A DNA stretch of 64,000 nt from an uncultured Methanosarcinales archaeon (GTDB lineage: Archaea > Nanobdellota > Nanobdellia > Woesearchaeales > CAYPCY01): the NCBI GenBank assembly GCA_964409385.1, contig CAYPCY010000003.1:1885-65884 (forward strand). Direction: 5' to 3'. This document shows, piece after piece, positions 8,598 to 18,078 of the stretch (position 1 is the first letter of the stretch; the number at the start of each line of letters is the position of its first letter). The notes below the pieces were generated by a model. That model saw only the letters and a list, made by a program, of their open reading frames with translations, ran no database searches and was not told where the DNA came from. Made by a program: the position numbers and the translations under genes.

Positions 8598-10574
8598 ATG
8601 ATTCTTGGCAGAATTAGTGGGAAAACAACAACTAATAAATTTTCATTTATAGCAGAATCTTCAGTAAAAAAGTTTGATTATTTACAAATAGTACATAAAG
8701 ATTATGGTTTTGTACTTTGCCAAATTCTAGAATTAGAAAGAACTCAAGAAACACTTTGTAAATGTCAAGTTATTGGTTATTTAGATAATGAAATCTTAAA
8801 AACTATAAGAATTCCATTCTCTCCAGGAACAGAAGTTCTAAAAGCAGAAGATCAATTAATAAAACAAATTCTTGGCTCAGAAACAGGAGCATATATTGGA
8901 AAATTAGAAGGTAAAGATATAACAGTAAATCTAAATTTAAGAAAATTACTCACTAAACACTTAGCAGTACTTGCTAAATCTGGAGCGGGCAAAAGTTACA
9001 CTGTGGGGGTTATATTAGAAGAAATATTAGAACAAAAAATTCCTTTAATAATAATCGACCCTCATGGAGAATATGCTAGTCTTGCAGAAAGAAATAATGA
9101 TCCTAAAGATAATGAAAAAATGGCAATTTTCGGAGTTAAACCAAAAGCGTACAAAACAAAAGAATACGGTGATACAACCATATTACAAAATGTTTATCCT
9201 ATAAAAATAAGCAATCACATTTCACAATCAGAATTAGATCATTTAATACCTGGAAAATTAAATGCTTCTCAATTAGGAATGATGTATTCAGCAATGAAAA
9301 CAACTAATAAAATGGATTTTGACTCTTTAATTCTAGAATTAGAAGCGGAAGAATCATCCTCAAAATGGATATTAATAAATATTTTAAAAGGATTAAAAAA
9401 TACAAAAATATTCAGTGATAATCCAACAAATCTGAACGATCTTGTAAAGAGTGGAATTGCTTCAATAATTAATATGAAAGGAATCCCTCCTGAACTTCAA
9501 GAAATTATTTCATACAAATTACTAAATGATTTATTTGAAGCAAGAAAAAAAAACAAGATCCCACCCTTCTTTTGTGTAATTGAAGAAGCACATAATTTTT
9601 GTCCAGAAAGAAGTTTTGGAGAAGCAAAATCTAGTAAAATAATAAGAACAATAGCTTCAGAAGGAAGAAAATTTGGACTGGGACTTTGTGTAATAAGTCA
9701 AAGACCTGCAAGGGTTGAAAAATCAGTATTAAGCCAATGCACTACCCAAATAATATTAAAAGTAACAAATCCTAATGATCTAAAAGCATTAAGTGCTAGT
9801 ATTGAAGGATTAACATTGGAAGCAGAAGCAGAAATTAAAAATCTTCCTGTAGGAACTGCATTATTAACAGGAATTTCAGAAATGCCACTATTAGTAAATA
9901 TAAGACCTAGAAGAACGAGACATGGGGGTGTAGCAATTGATATTCTTAGTCAGCCAGAAGATAAAGATATTTATGAACAAATGAACGATTTTGAAGAGCA
10001 AGAATTAATTCCAGTCATAAAACCAAAAATTACTCCTACTGATCTTAAATTAATGGAAGAAACACCAATAGAAATCACTACAAAATTAGTGCCTTGCAAA
10101 CTAGTTACTTGTAAAACAAATAAAGAATTTGAAATTCTTGTTGACTTAACAACTGGAAGAATTGTTATAGATATAGAAACTAACAAACAAAAAAAACTCC
10201 CTGATCTTCAAAATTTAACAGAAAAAGAAATTACAATCTTACAAGCAGGATTTTTACTTAAAGAATTTAATCACTCAACTCTCGCTTCCCAATTAAAATC
10301 CAGTCTTGACCTGAACATGGAAGTCAATTCATTAGTAGAAAAAGGATATTTCATAAGAGGAAATAACAAATTTAAAATTTCTGAAGATTACATACTAACA
10401 AGACTAGAAAATGTTTCCTGTCCTTACACAGTAAATTATGCAAAATTAGCAGGAGAAAAATTACAAGAAAAACAAAGCATAGACTTAATAAAAGAACAAG
10501 TAAGTAAATTTGCAGACGTTATTGATATTAAAGAAACATTCTTGGTCGTTTATGAAATATTAAGAAAGCATTAG
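8598..10574 (+). CDS. HerA-like / DUF87 P-loop ATPase with a C-terminal extension
   Basis: Walker A AKSGAGKSYTVG, IIIDPHGEY, Walker B FFCVIEEAHNF, GRKFGLGLCVISQRP. The N-terminus looks like a HAS barrel. The extra C-terminal region of about 210 aa contains a possible winged helix. Confidence 0.8.
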   Translation: MILGRISGKTTTNKFSFIAESSVKKFDYLQIVHKDYGFVLCQILELERTQETLCKCQVIGYLDNEILKTIRIPFSPGTEVLKAEDQLIKQILGSETGAYIGKLEGKDITVNLNLRKLLTKHLAVLAKSGAGKSYTVGVILEEILEQKIPLIIIDPHGEYASLAERNNDPKDNEKMAIFGVKPKAYKTKEYGDTTILQNVYPIKISNHISQSELDHLIPGKLNASQLGMMYSAMKTTNKMDFDSLILELEAEESSSKWILINILKGLKNTKIFSDNPTNLNDLVKSGIASIINMKGIPPELQEIISYKLLNDLFEARKKNKIPPFFCVIEEAHNFCPERSFGEAKSSKIIRTIASEGRKFGLGLCVISQRPARVEKSVLSQCTTQIILKVTNPNDLKALSASIEGLTLEAEAEIKNLPVGTALLTGISEMPLLVNIRPRRTRHGGVAIDILSQPEDKDIYEQMNDFEEQELIPVIKPKITPTDLKLMEETPIEITTKLVPCKLVTCKTNKEFEILVDLTTGRIVIDIETNKQKKLPDLQNLTEKEITILQAGFLLKEFNHSTLASQLKSSLDLNMEVNSLVEKGYFIRGNNKFKISEDYILTRLENVSCPYTVNYAKLAGEKLQEKQSIDLIKEQVSKFADVIDIKETFLVVYEILRKH

Positions 10575-10605
10575 CTTTTTATATTCAAGAAAGTTAAAAA
10601 TTAAA

Positions 10606-11145
10606 ATGGGATTAGAAGATACCTTAATTAAAAGCTCTCAAGAAGTAGAGCAAATAATAACTCCTGCACAAAATATTCTTTTAGCAATAATAACATTAAT
10701 TTTGGGCATTGTAATTGCAAGAGTCTTGGGAAAATTAGTGAAGTTAATACTTAAAGAATTAGATGTTGATAAAACATTAAGAAAAACAGGAATTGAAATT
10801 TCTACAGAAAACTTAATTTCAGAATTTACTATTTATCTAACATACTTCTTTACAGTATTTATAATGTTGGGCCAATTAGGAATTACAAAAACGTTCTTCA
10901 ATATTATAATAGTATTCTTTCTAATAGTAATTATTGTTAGTTTATTATTAAGTATTAAAGACTTAGTTCCTAAACTTATTGCTGGAAGAAAATTAATGAG
11001 TAAAATTAAAGAAAAACAAATAATTTCTTTCAATGGAATGAAAGGTAAAATAATAAAAATAGGATTTACAGAAACAAAAATAGAAACTAGAAAATCAGAA
11101 TTTTTAAAAGTTCCAAATAATTATTTACTCAACAGTCTCAAGTAA
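10606..11145 (+). CDS. Small multi-pass membrane protein (conserved-TM-helix/MscS-N-like)
   Basis: Three or four hydrophobic helices. It lies 31 nt downstream of the HerA-like gene on the same strand. Confidence 0.45.
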   Translation: MGLEDTLIKSSQEVEQIITPAQNILLAIITLILGIVIARVLGKLVKLILKELDVDKTLRKTGIEISTENLISEFTIYLTYFFTVFIMLGQLGITKTFFNIIIVFFLIVIIVSLLLSIKDLVPKLIAGRKLMSKIKEKQIISFNGMKGKIIKIGFTETKIETRKSEFLKVPNNYLLNSLK

Positions 11146-11364
11146 ACTAGCAACATGCCATAATTGAGTTCTTAGAAAAGGTTGTAAATTAGGATCTTGA
11201 CTAACATCCTCTAATTCTTGTAATGACTTATTAACACGTAAAGAAACTTCACAATCCTGCCCTAGAATAGAAATTACTGAAGTAATACGATTTTTAACGC
11301 TTCTAGGTAATAGAGAATCTTCCTGCATTTCTTCCAAAAATTTAGTTATTTCAAAAACATTCAT
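11125..11364 (-). CDS. UPF0147-family small helical protein
   Basis: 79 aa. The C-terminal DPNLQPFLRTQLWHVASLLE resembles the UPF0147 signature as recalled from memory. The gene sits in the archaeal prefoldin-beta neighbourhood. Confidence 0.5.
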   Translation of the reverse strand: MNVFEITKFLEEMQEDSLLPRSVKNRITSVISILGQDCEVSLRVNKSLQELEDVSQDPNLQPFLRTQLWHVASLLETVE

Positions 11365-11642
11365 TTTCTTAACTTTTTCATCTCATTTCTTAAAGATTCT
11401 TCTTGAGAATCAAGTGTTTCAATTCTTAAATTTAAAGTTTCTTGTTTTTTATTTAATTCCTTGCTTAATTCTTTAGGGGATGACTCCACTAAAATATTAC
11501 CAACAATCTTAAATGATTCTTTGGAATTCTTTAATTCTCTTAAGGCAGATTCAGTCTCTACCAATTGAGACTGTAAAGAATGCTTCTGCATAATAATATT
11601 CTGCAAATTTGTTTCAATCAGTTGTTCGTCCATTTTCAACAA
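11361..11642 (-). CDS. pfdB: Prefoldin subunit beta
   Basis: A 93-aa coiled-coil protein with a central FKIVGNILVESS beta-hairpin motif, in the conserved context with Pcc1, RpoP and L37Ae. Confidence 0.75.
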   Translation of the reverse strand: MLKMDEQLIETNLQNIIMQKHSLQSQLVETESALRELKNSKESFKIVGNILVESSPKELSKELNKKQETLNLRIETLDSQEESLRNEMKKLRK

Positions 11643-11859
11643 TCTCCTTAGTTTTTGAATAAATAGTTAATATGTTTGTTATTGAATTTATTACTGCTTT
11701 CAAAGCTGAAATATCTGAATATTCAATTTTGAACTTTACTCCTTTTGAAGTTTCTTCAATAGAGTATGATGCTCTATTATTAGGGAAACTTTTTTCTTCA
11801 GGAGCAAATAATTTAATTAAGTTTTTTGAATAACAATCAAAATTTATTACTGCTTTCAT
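11614..11859 (-). CDS. KEOPS subunit Pcc1-like protein
   Basis: 81 aa. Its position between rpoP and pfdB matches the conserved archaeal superoperon. The call rests on size and context only. Confidence 0.45.
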   Translation of the reverse strand: MKAVINFDCYSKNLIKLFAPEEKSFPNNRASYSIEETSKGVKFKIEYSDISALKAVINSITNILTIYSKTKEIVENGRTTD

Positions 11860-11993
11860 ACTGCTTTTACAACAGTACTTCTTGTTCTTGGCTTATAAAT
11901 TATTTTACAACCACAATAAGGACATCTAACCCTTTTTCTCAAATAATCGGGTGAAACTTCTTTAGCACAAGAAAAACATTTGTAATCTGCCAT
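11856..11993 (-). CDS. rpoP: DNA-directed RNA polymerase subunit P (Rpo12)
   Basis: Hand-translated 45 codons: MADYKCFSCAKEVSPDYLRKRVRCPYCGCKIIYKPRTRSTVVKAV, a CxxC..CxxC zinc ribbon. TAATG overlap with the rpl37ae stop and ATGA overlap with the next gene. It falls below the track's 60-aa cutoff. Confidence 0.8.
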   Translation of the reverse strand: MADYKCFSCAKEVSPDYLRKRVRCPYCGCKIIYKPRTRSTVVKAV

Positions 11994-12229
11994 TATTCTT
12001 CCTCCTCTTTTTTAGATTTTATAACAGGTACTTTAGCAACTGAGTAAGCCCTACTAGTGAATTTAGAATCACACTTTCTACAATACCAAATTCCAACAGC
12101 AAGTCTTTTAGAAACAGGATAACCACAACTTGGACAGTTATACTTAATTTTTTGCATAGCTTCCACTCTAGCAAACTTGTTCTTCAGGGTTCTCCCATAC
12201 CTTGCTCCAAATCTTTTTGCAGTACTCAT
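11993..12229 (-). CDS. rpl37ae: 50S ribosomal protein L37Ae (eL43)
   Basis: RFGARYG N-terminus and zinc ribbon CPSCG..CRKC; 78 aa. Confidence 0.9.
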   Translation of the reverse strand: MSTAKRFGARYGRTLKNKFARVEAMQKIKYNCPSCGYPVSKRLAVGIWYCRKCDSKFTSRAYSVAKVPVIKSKKEEEE

Positions 12230-12245
12230 TTTTAACTCTGGCGTA

Positions 12246-12319
12246 TGGGGCTGCTCGGATTCGAACCGAGGTCTTCTGGCCCCAAACCAAAAAGGCTAGC
12301 CAAGCTACCCCACAGCCCC
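12246..12319 (-). tRNA. tRNA-Pro (UGG)
   Basis: Manual cloverleaf. Acceptor GGGGCTG/CAGCCCC, anticodon stem TTTGG/CCAGA, loop TTTGGGG (anticodon TGG), T-arm CTCGG-TTCGAAT-CCGAG, discriminator A. No encoded CCA. Confidence 0.9.
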
Positions 12320-12342
12320 TATGTCGAAAGAATAATAATGCT

Positions 12343-12350
12343 TTTATAAA
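12343..12350 (-). promoter_or_regulatory. TATA box (TTTATAAA) for tRNA-Pro
   Basis: The octamer is centred about 27 nt upstream of the tRNA 5' end. The same octamer precedes tRNA-Arg and the 45.5-kb ncRNA candidate. Confidence 0.5.
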
Positions 12351-12352
12351 TA

Positions 12353-12697
12353 TTACGCAGTATATGCTATTAAAGAAACGCCTAAAACTATCAATAAAAT
12401 CCCTATAATCTTGAACTTATTCAAACTTTCATGAAGCTTGAAATAAGAAAGTAAAACAACCCATACATAAGTCAAACTCACTAAAGGATAAATTATGGAT
12501 AATTCACCAAATTTTAAGGCGAATAAAAAAATTAGTGTTGAAAATCCATAAAAAAACAAGCCTATTATTAAATTAATATTCTTAATCTGAGAAAGACTAA
12601 TTCTAAATTTAGAAGATGCCTTCTTCAAATATAATGCTCCAAAAGCACCAAGTATTGAAGCTAGGAAAACCAGTAAAAAACTCAATAAAATTTTCAA
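12353..12697 (-). CDS. Small 4-TM transporter subunit (EamA/SMR-like), second of a pair
   Basis: 114 aa with four hydrophobic helices. Paralogous to the adjacent gene and overlaps it by 4 nt. Confidence 0.55.
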   Translation of the reverse strand: MKILLSFLLVFLASILGAFGALYLKKASSKFRISLSQIKNINLIIGLFFYGFSTLIFLFALKFGELSIIYPLVSLTYVWVVLLSYFKLHESLNKFKIIGILLIVLGVSLIAYTA

Positions 12698-13029
12698 CTT
12701 CCTCCTCCTATAAGACTAACTCCTAAGAAAATAAGACTAACACCAACAATTTTCAATCCTGTAATGACTTCATTAAGAAGAAATCCTGAAAGTATCAAGA
12801 CCCAAACATAACTCAATGCAAAAATAGGATATAATACTGAAAGTTCTCCATTCTTTAAAGAATAGAGTAAAATAATTAATGCTAATCCATAAAGGACAAA
12901 ACCAGCTAATAAAGTAAAATTAATTAATACTTCAGGAAAGGTATTCAATCCCTTCTTGAACAAAAACTGACCAAAAGATAATAATAATGTAGAAATTGCA
13001 ACTAAAATAATAGATGTTTTGTAAGTCAT
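12694..13029 (-). CDS. Small 4-TM transporter subunit (EamA/SMR-like), first of a pair
   Basis: 111 aa with four helices. GELSVLYPIFALSYVW parallels GELSIIYPLVSLTYVW in the partner. Confidence 0.55.
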   Translation of the reverse strand: MTYKTSIILVAISTLLLSFGQFLFKKGLNTFPEVLINFTLLAGFVLYGLALIILLYSLKNGELSVLYPIFALSYVWVLILSGFLLNEVITGLKIVGVSLIFLGVSLIGGGS

Positions 13030-14561
13030 TGTTCAGTAAATTTCTCAAGAATTATTGCGAATGCAGGTCTAGTTATTAAAACTCCAATAGTTGATCCTAA
13101 TAATGTAAAAACTGCGAATCCTCTTAATAATCCCGCACCTGCAGCCCATAATGGAATCATTGCAACAACAACAGTGAAGTAAGAACCGAATATTATGAAG
13201 AACGCATTCTTTAATTTCTGTTTCCAAGACATAATATTCTTTTTCTTTTCTAAAGTTTCGTCAGAAATAATAATTGCATGGTCTAAAGCAGTTCCTATAG
13301 CTATAATAATACCTGCAATAGCTGCTAAATCAATCTCCCAACGTATAGCTGCAGCAATCCCTAATAATATTATTAGTTCAAAAACCATAAGTAAAAACAT
13401 AGGAATTGAAACCTTTATGTTTCTATACCTTATGAAAACAACTAGTGAAACCATTAAAAAAGCAAATAATCCTACAATTAAAGAGTTCTTAGCAAATTCC
13501 TCTCCAAGAACTGGACTTATTGGCTTTGCATAAACAACTTCAAGTTTTGTTGGTAAACTTCCAGTAATAAGAATTGTTTGTAATCTTTTCATATTATCAA
13601 CAGCATTATCCTTTGCAGACTCTCGGGAGTTTCCTGTTCCTGGTCCTGAAATAGAAATTTTTGTTGCGGCTTGTCCTTTTAGTGAAGAACCAATTTTTAA
13701 AGTGTCAACCAGACTATCATCCATGTACAATTCTAAATCTTCAGACAAGTAAGACCCTCCAGATTCGTAAACTACATCTAATTGAGAAGTTGCCTCTGCT
13801 TGTCTCTCAGCTGCTTGAGGAGTTAATGAAATTTCAAACTGAAAAGTACAACTGTGTGAATTCCCTGAAGAACTACAATCTATCCTTGAACATTCTGGAG
13901 TTCTACAAACATTAGTTATGTCTTCCCCTCCAGAAAAAACTGTTTCATTAGAAATTTTTGCTTCGAACTTTCCTTGACTTGTTATTAAATCTATAATTTC
14001 TTCAACATCTAAACTAGCTAGTTCAACAAGGAAAAACATATTATTCTCTAAATCCTTAGAACTCCTTACAGAAACATCAGCAAGTCCATAAACGTTCAAT
14101 CTTTCAGTAATTGAACTAACAATTAATGAAGCATCCTCGTCAGAAATTTCATCAACCGGTTGAAGAACAACTTTAGTTCCTCCTTGAAGATCCAAACCTT
14201 TTCTAACATTACTTGTTGGGGAGTTCATTACGGCAATTCCTAAGTCAGAAGAAGCATTATCAATAACAAAAGTGTTCTTATTAGTTTTTAATAAAACAGT
14301 ACTGCCCTCCTGAATTTCTGATTCTATACTATAAAATTCTTCAATAGTTTTTACTGGAAATCCGTTAAGTTCAAGAATTCTTTCCCTTGATGTTGGAGAG
14401 ACTCCTGGAGATGAAGAAATTCCAGCGTAAAAGGCAGGACTGTCTATAGAAACATGCCTTATTGAAATGCCATCAATCCACGGCATGGGTTTAATAGCCA
14501 CTAATGAAAAAATTAAGAATATTATTAAGATAATAATCCTATAATTTCTTAGCAGCTTCAT
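13026..14561 (-). CDS. secD: Protein-export membrane protein SecD
   Basis: GLDLQGGTKVVLQP motif, a large periplasmic-type loop and a C-terminal six-TM bundle. The ATG at 14561 forms an ATGA overlap with the secF stop; the track ORF extends to 14609. Confidence 0.85.
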   Translation of the reverse strand: MKLLRNYRIIILIIFLIFSLVAIKPMPWIDGISIRHVSIDSPAFYAGISSSPGVSPTSRERILELNGFPVKTIEEFYSIESEIQEGSTVLLKTNKNTFVIDNASSDLGIAVMNSPTSNVRKGLDLQGGTKVVLQPVDEISDEDASLIVSSITERLNVYGLADVSVRSSKDLENNMFFLVELASLDVEEIIDLITSQGKFEAKISNETVFSGGEDITNVCRTPECSRIDCSSSGNSHSCTFQFEISLTPQAAERQAEATSQLDVVYESGGSYLSEDLELYMDDSLVDTLKIGSSLKGQAATKISISGPGTGNSRESAKDNAVDNMKRLQTILITGSLPTKLEVVYAKPISPVLGEEFAKNSLIVGLFAFLMVSLVVFIRYRNIKVSIPMFLLMVFELIILLGIAAAIRWEIDLAAIAGIIIAIGTALDHAIIISDETLEKKKNIMSWKQKLKNAFFIIFGSYFTVVVAMIPLWAAGAGLLRGFAVFTLLGSTIGVLITRPAFAIILEKFTEQ

Positions 14562-15412
14562 TTTTTCCTCTCTAAATAATAAAGTAGTATTGGTGCATTC
14601 TGGAACCAAGTAAATATTAGGTCAACAATCAAACCAATGAATATTATAGTCATTACTTCCTGAATAAAAGGAGAATTAGTCAATAATAAAGCAATTATTA
14701 TAGCTGATAAAGTAGTTACTACCATCATAATTCCAGTTTTCATTGCTGAAACAAGCCTAGAGTATAAATCCTCATTTTTTCTCTTTAATAATCTTGAAGT
14801 TAGTAGAATATCAGTATCTACTGAATAACCAATAAGCATTAAGAAAGCAACAATTCCGGCGGTTGAAATTGTTAATCCTAACAAATTAACAATACTTAAA
14901 GTCACTATAATATCTGAAAATAATGTAAAAACAATGAAACCGCTTGGAACTAAAGCCCTAAAATAAGCAAAAACGACTAATGCAATAAATAAGAATGCAA
15001 AAATCAATGCTTTCACTGTCTGTCTAAAGAAAGAATCTCCTAATGAAGCAGAGGTAATTGTGGGTTCTGTATGACTAACATCACCATACTTTTCTTTTAT
15101 TGAATCTATTAATTCTGAAAATTCTAAATCTGTAGCTGTTATTGAAATAGAACTTTCATCTTGAGTTATTAATTCCCTTATTGAAAAATCAGCAGTTTGA
15201 AATTCTTGTTTCAAATAAGTTTCTAACTCGACAATATCAATATCTTCCTTCAATTCAAATTCTACCCCTCCTTTTAAAGAAACACCCTTCTTAACAAAAT
15301 CACCAGTAGAAGAAATTTGAAAAGAAATTTGCATAATTGCAAGAATTAACAATAAAGTTGGTATTATAAGTAAAGGCTTATGAAATTTTCTATAAAACTG
15401 TTTAACCCCCAT
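14558..15412 (-). CDS. secF: Protein-export membrane protein SecF
   Basis: GVSLKGGVEFEL motif, six TM helices, directly upstream of secD. Confidence 0.85.
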   Translation of the reverse strand: MGVKQFYRKFHKPLLIIPTLLLILAIMQISFQISSTGDFVKKGVSLKGGVEFELKEDIDIVELETYLKQEFQTADFSIRELITQDESSISITATDLEFSELIDSIKEKYGDVSHTEPTITSASLGDSFFRQTVKALIFAFLFIALVVFAYFRALVPSGFIVFTLFSDIIVTLSIVNLLGLTISTAGIVAFLMLIGYSVDTDILLTSRLLKRKNEDLYSRLVSAMKTGIMMVVTTLSAIIIALLLTNSPFIQEVMTIIFIGLIVDLIFTWFQNAPILLYYLERKK

Positions 15413-15512
15413 AAAGCTACCGAATAATAATTAATTAATAAATCTTTTGAATCAGTAAAATTTATAAATAAGTAAACAACACTTTGAGATATAAAAGTTC
15501 TAAGTGTTTGAT

Positions 15513-16130
15513 ATGACTCAAGAAATACTAAAAACGGGTACAACAACAGTAGCAATAAAGTGCAAGAATGGAATTGTTCTAGCAGCAGACAAAAGAGCTA
15601 CTGCCGGAAATATTATTGCAAACAGCAATATTGTAAAAACCTACCCTATAACTGACAAGATAGGAATGACAGTCGCGGGAAGCGTTAGTGACGTTCAATT
15701 AATAACAAAATACATAAAAGCACAACTAAAACTTAAAAAACTACAATCTAGAAGAGAAGTTTCAGTAAAAGAAGCAGTAAACCTTCTTAGTGGAATTGTT
15801 TATTCTAATATTAGAAGCTTATCAACAATGCCTGGAATAACACATTTTTTAATAGGTGGCAGAGACGATGAAGGATTTCATATTTACGATCTATACCCAG
15901 ACGGTTCAATAGCAGAAGAAGAAACATTCATAAGTTCAGGAAGTGGAAGCCCTATGGTATATGGAGTTTTAGAAATTAATTACAAGAAAGAAATAACAGT
16001 TAAGGAAGCAAAAGAATTAGTAACTACTGCAATAAGGGCAGCGGTGAAAAGAGATTCTGCATCTGGAGACGGTATTGATATATTAACAATTAATGAATCA
16101 GAAATGAAGACTGAAACAGCTACTATTTAA
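15513..16130 (+). CDS. psmB: Proteasome subunit beta
   Basis: Propeptide followed by the catalytic G|TTTVAIK motif; GSGS motif present. The track start at 15504 is GTG, and the first ATG is at 15513. Confidence 0.9.
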   Translation: MTQEILKTGTTTVAIKCKNGIVLAADKRATAGNIIANSNIVKTYPITDKIGMTVAGSVSDVQLITKYIKAQLKLKKLQSRREVSVKEAVNLLSGIVYSNIRSLSTMPGITHFLIGGRDDEGFHIYDLYPDGSIAEEETFISSGSGSPMVYGVLEINYKKEITVKEAKELVTTAIRAAVKRDSASGDGIDILTINESEMKTETATI

Positions 16131-16185
16131 TAACTAAACTTATTATAGTTTGTAGGTTATCCATCTTCAATTAATAACATTCTTT

Positions 16186-18078
16186 ATGGCAAACGACATA
16201 TTAAAGGAAATATTAAAAGATATTCCCGCAGGAAAAATAAGTGAAGCCCTATTTGAAGGAGCAAACATTGTATTATATACTAAAGATACAGCCTTTTTCT
16301 TAGATGATAAGGGCCTTACTAAAAAAATAGTTAATAAGATAAAGAAAAGAATAGAATTAAGACCAGATCCTTCCTTAAGCATGACTAGAGAAAAGGCAGA
16401 AAAAGAACTAAAAAAAATAATTCCTAAAGATGCTGGTGTTGACCAAATAATTTTTGACCCTCAAAGATCAGTAGTAATTATAGAAGCAGAAAAGCCAGGA
16501 CTTGTAATTGGAAAAAGCGGTTCTACACTTACTGAAATTAAATCCAAAACTTTTTGGGTGCCAATAATAAAAAGAAAACCACCTATTAGATCAGAACTTA
16601 TAGAAAATATAAGATCCGTATTATATCAAAATTCAGATTATAGGAAAAAATTTCTACACAAGACAGGACAAAGAATCTATAATGGTTGGTTAAGACAGAA
16701 AAAACATGAATGGATAAGACTTACTATGCTTGGCGCTGGAAGACAAGTAGGAAGAAGTTGCTTATTATTACAAACTCCTGAGTCAAGAATTCTTTTAGAT
16801 TGTGGAATTGATGTTTCTAATGATAAAGAAATGTATCCAATACTTGAAGCTCCAGAGTTTGATCTTCAACAACTTGATGCAGTAATTATTGGCCATTCAC
16901 ATATCGACCATACAGGATTACTACCTTACTTATTCAAATTTGGTTATAGAGGACCAGTATATTGTACAGAACCAACAAGGGACGTAATGGCATTATTACA
17001 ATTAGACTCTGTGAAATTAATGAGGGGAGAAGGTAAAGATCCAATATTCACTAGTGAAGATATTAAAGAAATGGTTAAACACACCATAACCTTAGATTAT
17101 GAAGAAGTCACAGACGTAACACCTGATGTTAGGATAACAATGTATAATTCAGGCCACATTCTAGGAGCTGCAATGGTTCACATGCACATAGGTAATGGAC
17201 TTCATAATCTAATGTATACTGGAGACTTAAAATATGCAAAAACACAATTATTAGCCCCTGCACACACAACTTTCCCAAGATTAGAAAGCATGATTATAGA
17301 GAGCACATATGGAGGAAGAGATGATTTTTCTACTAGAACAGATACTTCAGATAAACAAATGCAAGATATAATTGTAGAAACCGTAAAAAGAGGAGGAAAA
17401 ATATTATGTCCAGTATTAGGTAGTGGAAGAGCACAAGAAATAATGGTTATTATAGATTATATAATAAGGAAAAAAATGATAAAAGAAATTCCAGTATATG
17501 TAGATGGACTAGTATGGGATATTACAGCAATCCACACAGCATATCCAGAATTTTTTAATTCATCTGTTAAAAATCAAATATTCCATAAAGATAATAATCC
17601 ATTCTTAGGAAAAAACATTAAACGTGTAGGTTCTAAAAAAGAAAGACAGGAAGTTATCGAAAGTGACGGACCATGTATCATTTTAGCAACTTCAGGAATG
17701 CTAGTTGGAGGACCCTCAGTAGAATATCTTAAAAGACTTGGTGAAGATAATAGACATTCTCTAGTTTTCTCCTCATATCAAGGACCTGGAACTTTAGGAA
17801 GAAGAATAATGAATGGCGAGACAGAAATAGCATTTCCTGCAGGAAATAAAGTTGAAAGAGTCAATTTAAAAATAGAACATCACAGGGTAGAAATTACTAA
17901 TCATTCAGATAGAAAAGAACTAATGAACTTTGTCAAAGACTGTAGTCCCAGACCTAGAAAAATAGTAATAAATCATGGTGAAAGCAAAAAATGCTTAGAC
18001 CTTGCAAGTGCAATACATAAAACTTATAGGATAGAAACAGTAGCTCCTAAAAATCTAGAAAGTGTTAGGATTTACTAG
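16186..18078 (+). CDS. aCPSF1/FttA beta-CASP ribonuclease with KH domains
   Basis: N-terminal KH region (VIGKSGS), metallo-beta-lactamase motif GHSHIDHTG and beta-CASP region; 630 aa. Confidence 0.9.
   Translation: MANDILKEILKDIPAGKISEALFEGANIVLYTKDTAFFLDDKGLTKKIVNKIKKRIELRPDPSLSMTREKAEKELKKIIPKDAGVDQIIFDPQRSVVIIEAEKPGLVIGKSGSTLTEIKSKTFWVPIIKRKPPIRSELIENIRSVLYQNSDYRKKFLHKTGQRIYNGWLRQKKHEWIRLTMLGAGRQVGRSCLLLQTPESRILLDCGIDVSNDKEMYPILEAPEFDLQQLDAVIIGHSHIDHTGLLPYLFKFGYRGPVYCTEPTRDVMALLQLDSVKLMRGEGKDPIFTSEDIKEMVKHTITLDYEEVTDVTPDVRITMYNSGHILGAAMVHMHIGNGLHNLMYTGDLKYAKTQLLAPAHTTFPRLESMIIESTYGGRDDFSTRTDTSDKQMQDIIVETVKRGGKILCPVLGSGRAQEIMVIIDYIIRKKMIKEIPVYVDGLVWDITAIHTAYPEFFNSSVKNQIFHKDNNPFLGKNIKRVGSKKERQEVIESDGPCIILATSGMLVGGPSVEYLKRLGEDNRHSLVFSSYQGPGTLGRRIMNGETEIAFPAGNKVERVNLKIEHHRVEITNHSDRKELMNFVKDCSPRPRKIVINHGESKKCLDLASAIHKTYRIETVAPKNLESVRIY

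Noticed and set aside
12202-12408. A 68-aa plus-strand ORF.
   Set aside because: It overlaps tRNA-Pro and the rpl37ae start in antisense.
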